In this document: positions 58,859-64,000 of the stretch, piece after piece | Layout: each line of letters opens with the position of its first letter | Position numbering within the stretch: position 1 is the stretch's first letter | Source: Malacoraja senta | Taxonomy: Eukaryota | Reading direction: 5' to 3' | NCBI GenBank assembly: GCA_038087875.1 | Contig: CM075977.1 | Coordinates: 56,544,001 to 56,608,000 of the forward strand | Length of the DNA: 64,000 nucleotides | Notes under the pieces: generated by a model | Told to the model about the DNA's origin: nothing | The model's database searches: none | The model's input: the letters and a program-made list of their open reading frames with translations, nothing else | Made by a program: the position numbers and the translations under genes

Positions 58859-61800
58859 AATCGTGTACTGTCTTTCTGCTGACTGGTTAGCATGCAACAA
58901 AAGCTGTTCACTGTACCTCAGTACATGTGACAATAAACTGAACTAAACTAAACTCAACTAAACTAAACAGTGGTCATGTGAGTAAATCATACAACTCGAG
59001 TACCCTTTGCGCCTGTTTATACTCTTTCATCATATTTCGTCCCATACCAACTAAAATGTGTGCGTTGTTCCCAATTTTCCGGCAACTGCAGCTTTGCAAT
59101 TGGTCCTTGAAAGCTGATGCTGAAACAAAAAAAACAGTGGCAAAGCATATTACCCAGATGATGCTTCTGCAACGTTTTTTTTTTCATAAGCCACAAAAAA
59201 ACCCTGAAATAGACGTAAATTTAGAAACAGACTCACCTTTAGTTAGTATGTAATGGGTCCCCTCATCTCTTCTACTCATACTTGCTGTGAATAGATCACA
59301 TTTAGTTTTTGATGCAGTAATATAATCATGTTCTTTCGTGGTTCCTCTGTGGTGTTAAAAATAAACATCAATTTTTCTCATTTTAGTCAATTGAGATTTT
59401 TTTCTAAGCCATTTATTGTGACTTGTCACATTGACAATAAAGTATTCAATTATTGAAACACCATAATTTATGCAGCAGAGTGATGAAACTTTGATTGTGG
59501 TTTTATCGCATAATAATTAATCTTTCTTTAAGTAAAACTTCATTGTCCTAGAATCATTCCTACTTATCATTACTTTTTATTGTCAGTTTATTGGTCAACT
59601 AATTAGACATGACAACAATGAGGATCAACAGTCCTAGTATTTACAGTACTCATTGATCATTTTCTCATCAATGTTATTGAACCTCTGCACTGCCCATTCT
59701 TCCTGGTCCTTCGAGGTCTTGAGTCAGATATTAGATATAAAATTGACCTTCCAACTCTTTGCGACCCACTGTTGCAGAAGGTGGGCTCTGCATCGAATCA
59801 CCATTTTGTATTTCAAACTGGCGGTGGGGGGGGGGGGGGGTTATGCCTGATTCCCTGTCAATTGTAGCAATACAAACGCCCATTAGTTAATTTTACTTCT
59901 TAACATGAATAATATCTGTGTGTTTGAAAAATAGCATTCACTTGATGAAAATGAGAAGAGAATATTTGTGTGTTTGGTGTCCCACGGATTCTTTAAAATA
60001 TTGGATCATGTTGTGCACATTAAACCACGATGGGCAGAATATTCACATTTAACCAGCGTTGCTTAAACTGCAAAGTGAAATAAAGGAAAAATAAGATTTA
60101 TTGCACCTGAGAATTTCTGAAATTTGCTATAAAATCTATTGGGATTGTGCACTGCTATGCTGCGACAAGTAAGAATTTCATTGTTCTGTTGTCGGTACAT
60201 ATGACAGTTAAACACTTTTGACTCTTGACGTTGATTTAAACTTTCACATCAAGGCTAATATAACATAAAATGTATTATGTCACAGCATGAGATAAACATA
60301 TCCATTATTTCCATTGATACTGAAACTGGAACAATTTTTCAAAAAGCAGTATTTCCCCTAACCCAAGCAGCAAGCACCCTGCAGTTTTGCCTCCACTGTC
60401 ACGAGGTTGTGTTCACTAGTTATGCCATTGTAGGCTTTAAATTGCCTTGTTTGTTCGGTATGAGCACAGAAACAGATGTTGCCCCACTGCACAGTATCAT
60501 TTACAATATCTCTTGGTGCTGAATGGAGGACCTCCCAAGCTACCAGCTGATCTGTCTACAAAATTGGATGGCTGCTTCTGATATATGTTAAATACATGAA
60601 AGGAAATGGAAGATTGATGACATTTTCTGCATCTTGTTTTTATTTTTTGTGCACGATTGATTTACAGAAAGGTCTTTTAATTTGTCAGCTGAAACCAGAG
60701 AAGCCTGTGTTTCTCCCTTGACAGTCATAATCTGACTATTACTTTTGTCATTTAATAATTATCATCATGATTGCTCAAAGCGAAAGCAGCCTAACCCCCC
60801 ACATGTAGCTGGTACTGTAAGGTAGAGCAGATTTGTCATTTATGATCTGACCACAAAGTCACATTTTGTGCTCCATTATCATGATTAACTTCTACATAAG
60901 ATATGCTTGCCCAATTGTCATTTGTGATACTACATCAGGTTCTGACTGCCATGCTGCCAGGGTGAAACTCAACCAATGGAATGTGACCATGTTGCATGTA
61001 TACTAACCACTACACTTGCAGTTCACAGTTGTGCACTGTGGTCATGAAATTTATATTTGTATTGTCTGATTTCTTAAGCAAATGGTAATGTTTCACATGT
61101 CATCCATCATTTCCCAAACACATACTAAAATGGTTTATGTACAATGTCTTTCTTGTGGCTGCGCACAGCATGAGGGTGGAAGGTAGACATTTTATCATAC
61201 GCTGCAAAGTTTCGCTGCCAGAACACTGCCACTTAGAATCTATCGTGTCAGGTGCCTTGTGGCAATCCGCAATCCTGGCTGCATTTTGGATCTGCAGTTG
61301 TGTTCTGGGTTCGTAACCAACAAACCGATTTGACTCTGCCTGATTATAGTAACGAAGGCAGTCCAAAAGAATATGCACAGACTCACTGTACGTCACATTG
61401 AATCACCGCGCTGACCACACAGAGCTGACCGAAGCTTCATTCCTTTAGACAAATGCACGCTTAAGGAAAAACCTCCTGCGAGAATGCATCCCATGCCACT
61501 TTATTTTCTGTGCACGCTGCAGCAGATTTAATGTTTACTGAAAGAACAGTTGCTGTTTACTTTGGTTTAGCACTTTCAGTTTTTTTTAAACTTCCTTTTT
61601 TAACAACATCGCAGTGCTCAAAATCGTGAACAAAACTTACTTTTGCTATTCCCTTGAACACAGGTGCTGAGTTTTACAAATGTTCGGCATGGAATGGGCC
61701 GGTATCCAATTTTTCCACTTTCAAGAGAAAATCAGACAGAATCAAGTTGCAAAGTGCAGTATCCAGATATGCTGTTAGAAATAAGTCAGTTTTGATTACA

Positions 61801-62205
61801 GTGTGTGTTGCAACCTTAGACAGGAGCTACATGCTGATATGCATTCTATCAGAATGATTTACGAAAATTATGCACAATTTTCCCATAGGAATTCTCCCTC
61901 AAACTGCCAGGATAAATTGCCGGAAATTAGCCATAAAATCTGTCGAGCAGGGAACAAAAGGTGAAGGCCACTGGGATAGCAAGGACATTGGGTTTATAGA
62001 GACTTCAAGAATAAGATAGTAACTTCATATGGAACAGGTTTTTGAACTGAATCTTAAAACCGTTGCCTGCCAAATTTACTGAAGGGAAACCACATCTCTC
62101 TCTTTGTGTTGAAATCGGAAAGTCTAGTTCTTAATTATGAAACATTAAATGTGCTAATAATCTTAACAATTTTTCCAGAACTAGTTTGAAGTTATTGTGA
62201 CTTAA

Positions 62206-62213
62206 ACCTCTCT

Positions 62214-62245
<32 letters not shown>
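62206..62245 (+). repeat. (CT)n microsatellite in the polypyrimidine region of the exon 5 acceptor
   Basis: Direct reading. Confidence 0.9.
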
Positions 62246-62250
<5 letters not shown>

Positions 62251-62267
62251 TTAACTCATTCTTTTAG

Positions 62268-62446
62268 GAAGTGCAGTAGATGAAGCCTTTCGTTTAAGCA
62301 GTTCCTCTATGATCATCCGATCAGTCAAAGAGGATATCACTTTATACTCGAAGGACGAACCAAAAATCAAACTGAGAAAAGGGGACTGGTTAGCCCTTTA
62401 TCCTCAAATTCTCCACATAGACCCAGAGGTTTATGAAGATCCTGAG
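62268..62446 (+). CDS. CYP7B1: CYP7B1-like, K-helix exon (exon 5 equivalent)
   Basis: Acceptor ttttag|GA after a (CT)n tract, donor GAG|gtatgt, 179 nt ending in phase 0. GSAVDEAFRLSSSSMIIRSVKED...RKGDWLALYPQILHIDPEVYEDPE contains the ExxR motif (EAFR). No heme-binding exon was seen before base 64000. Confidence 0.92.
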
Positions 62447-64000
62447 GTATGTGATGCCGTACTGCTCTTTTATTCCTGCAGCCAGACAGCAACAACCAAG
62501 CCTGCTGTTCACATATTCCTATTGCTCTTTCTTCCAGAAAGAAAAAAATCTTATGTCTTTTGTATAGTGTGTGGTCCAAGACCTGCAGGTCATTGAATTT
62601 ACTGTCTTAGTGGAGAATATGGGAATGAGATTGAGTAGTGTTACTTTGAAAGGATTAACATTAAACTGTGAATTGATTGGCTTGAAGTCAAGGAAACCCT
62701 TGGCTGTTGTCAGATAATGAATCACTTGATGACCAAGAGAAAGAATAAAGAACGGAGTCAGTAACAAATAAACTGCACTGTTTAGATAATTATAACAGGG
62801 CATCATTGTGTGCAAAAATCCTTTATTAGCTGTATGTTGCGTTATATCACTTCATAAGGATTCTCTCCTTTCTTGATCAATTGATACGGTAGCATGAGCT
62901 TGAGATTGTAAAGCTATCGCTCTGCACTGAAGCTCTAAGGGTAATTGTGTCATTGCCTTGTATTTTTTTTCTCTGCAGCCAGAGTTAATGAATATCAAAG
63001 ACTGGAAATTAATCCACCCTGGCTCAGCTTTAATGTGGCTTCAGAGATTCGCCACCTGCATGCAAATTAAATGCAATCAGATTCTACATTGCATTTGGTG
63101 AATTGTTGCTGGTACCAGCATTAACACTAAATTATCATCTGAAGTTGGAAAGGAAAGATGATTGGTTCGGCAGCAGCTATCTTTTTAGTCTCACGGTGAC
63201 CTTCTATTGTACTTGTACATATGAATATATTAAAATTAGTCATTAGTATTAATTGACAGTTTCTCTTCAGGATTTTAAAAAAAATGGATCCAACCAGTGC
63301 TTAATTTAGAATAAATTCTTAATTCACTAAATTCTTGTCAAACTCACATTGGGTACAGCTATACAATTTTGTTCATACTGCAGTGTAATGATGCTCTTCC
63401 ATAAACATTGTCATGCATCCTTTCTCGGATTACAATGACACATACCATGTGGTCTACCCAAATTAAACCACAACCTGCTAATTGTCCCTGACCATCTCTA
63501 ACTAAATTTGTATTGTTTATTAAAACAAAACCTAGGGTCAAGGAGGTGAAATATTCTCAGGATTAGGACGTGGATTATAAATATTCATTGATGTTTATTG
63601 TTGCTTGAACCCTAGTAATCCACTCCCAGATATCCATTAATCTCTAACACTAGAATGAGCACTAATTCAAGTTTGGAGATATAATTTTACAAGTTTCAAA
63701 TTTATGTCAAGAAACAAATATTTATAAAATGGTTATATGCCAGTGATTTACTCAAATGATTATGCAAGGCAGAGACTTCTTTCAGTTTATAAATCCATTA
63801 GAATCCCAAGATTATATGATGCCGAGGGTATATAAAACTTGATTATTCCACAGGTGAAGAAGAATTTTCGTGTGAAATCAAGAATCACTCCTTCATAGAA
63901 GAAGTGGTGGAAATAGGGAGCTTCTCGTTCCAACAAACTGTGGTTGCTGCATCAATTTAAATTTTCACAGCCAAGATCAGTATTTTTTAGATAATGGAGA

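Overview
This is eukaryotic, repeat-rich vertebrate DNA, almost certainly from a cartilaginous fish (skate or ray), judged from the HE1-like V-SINEs and HER1/CR1-like LINE fragments. The only host gene is a + strand cytochrome P450 of family 7, most like CYP7B1. Four internal coding exons with canonical AG/GT borders and a continuous frame are present (37050-37183, 42248-42838, 46040-46246, 62268-62446). The first exon and the last (heme-Cys) exon were not found, so the rest of the window is read as intron. The introns hold many, often nested, transposons: a 5.6-kb THAP-bearing P-like element with 33-bp TIRs that carries a Helitron, an L1 and a fold-back hAT; two further Helitrons; a Tc1 interrupted by a 5'-inverted RTE; six Harbinger-type MITEs that share a CTWAC target; two Rex1/Babar LINEs; Penelope remnants with hammerhead motifs; and many CR1 and V-SINE fragments. 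There is also a family of five GC-rich non-coding retroposons with a covarying RNA hairpin and apparently exchangeable LINE tails. One assembly gap lies at 4741-4881. All calls were made by eye; no database searches were run.
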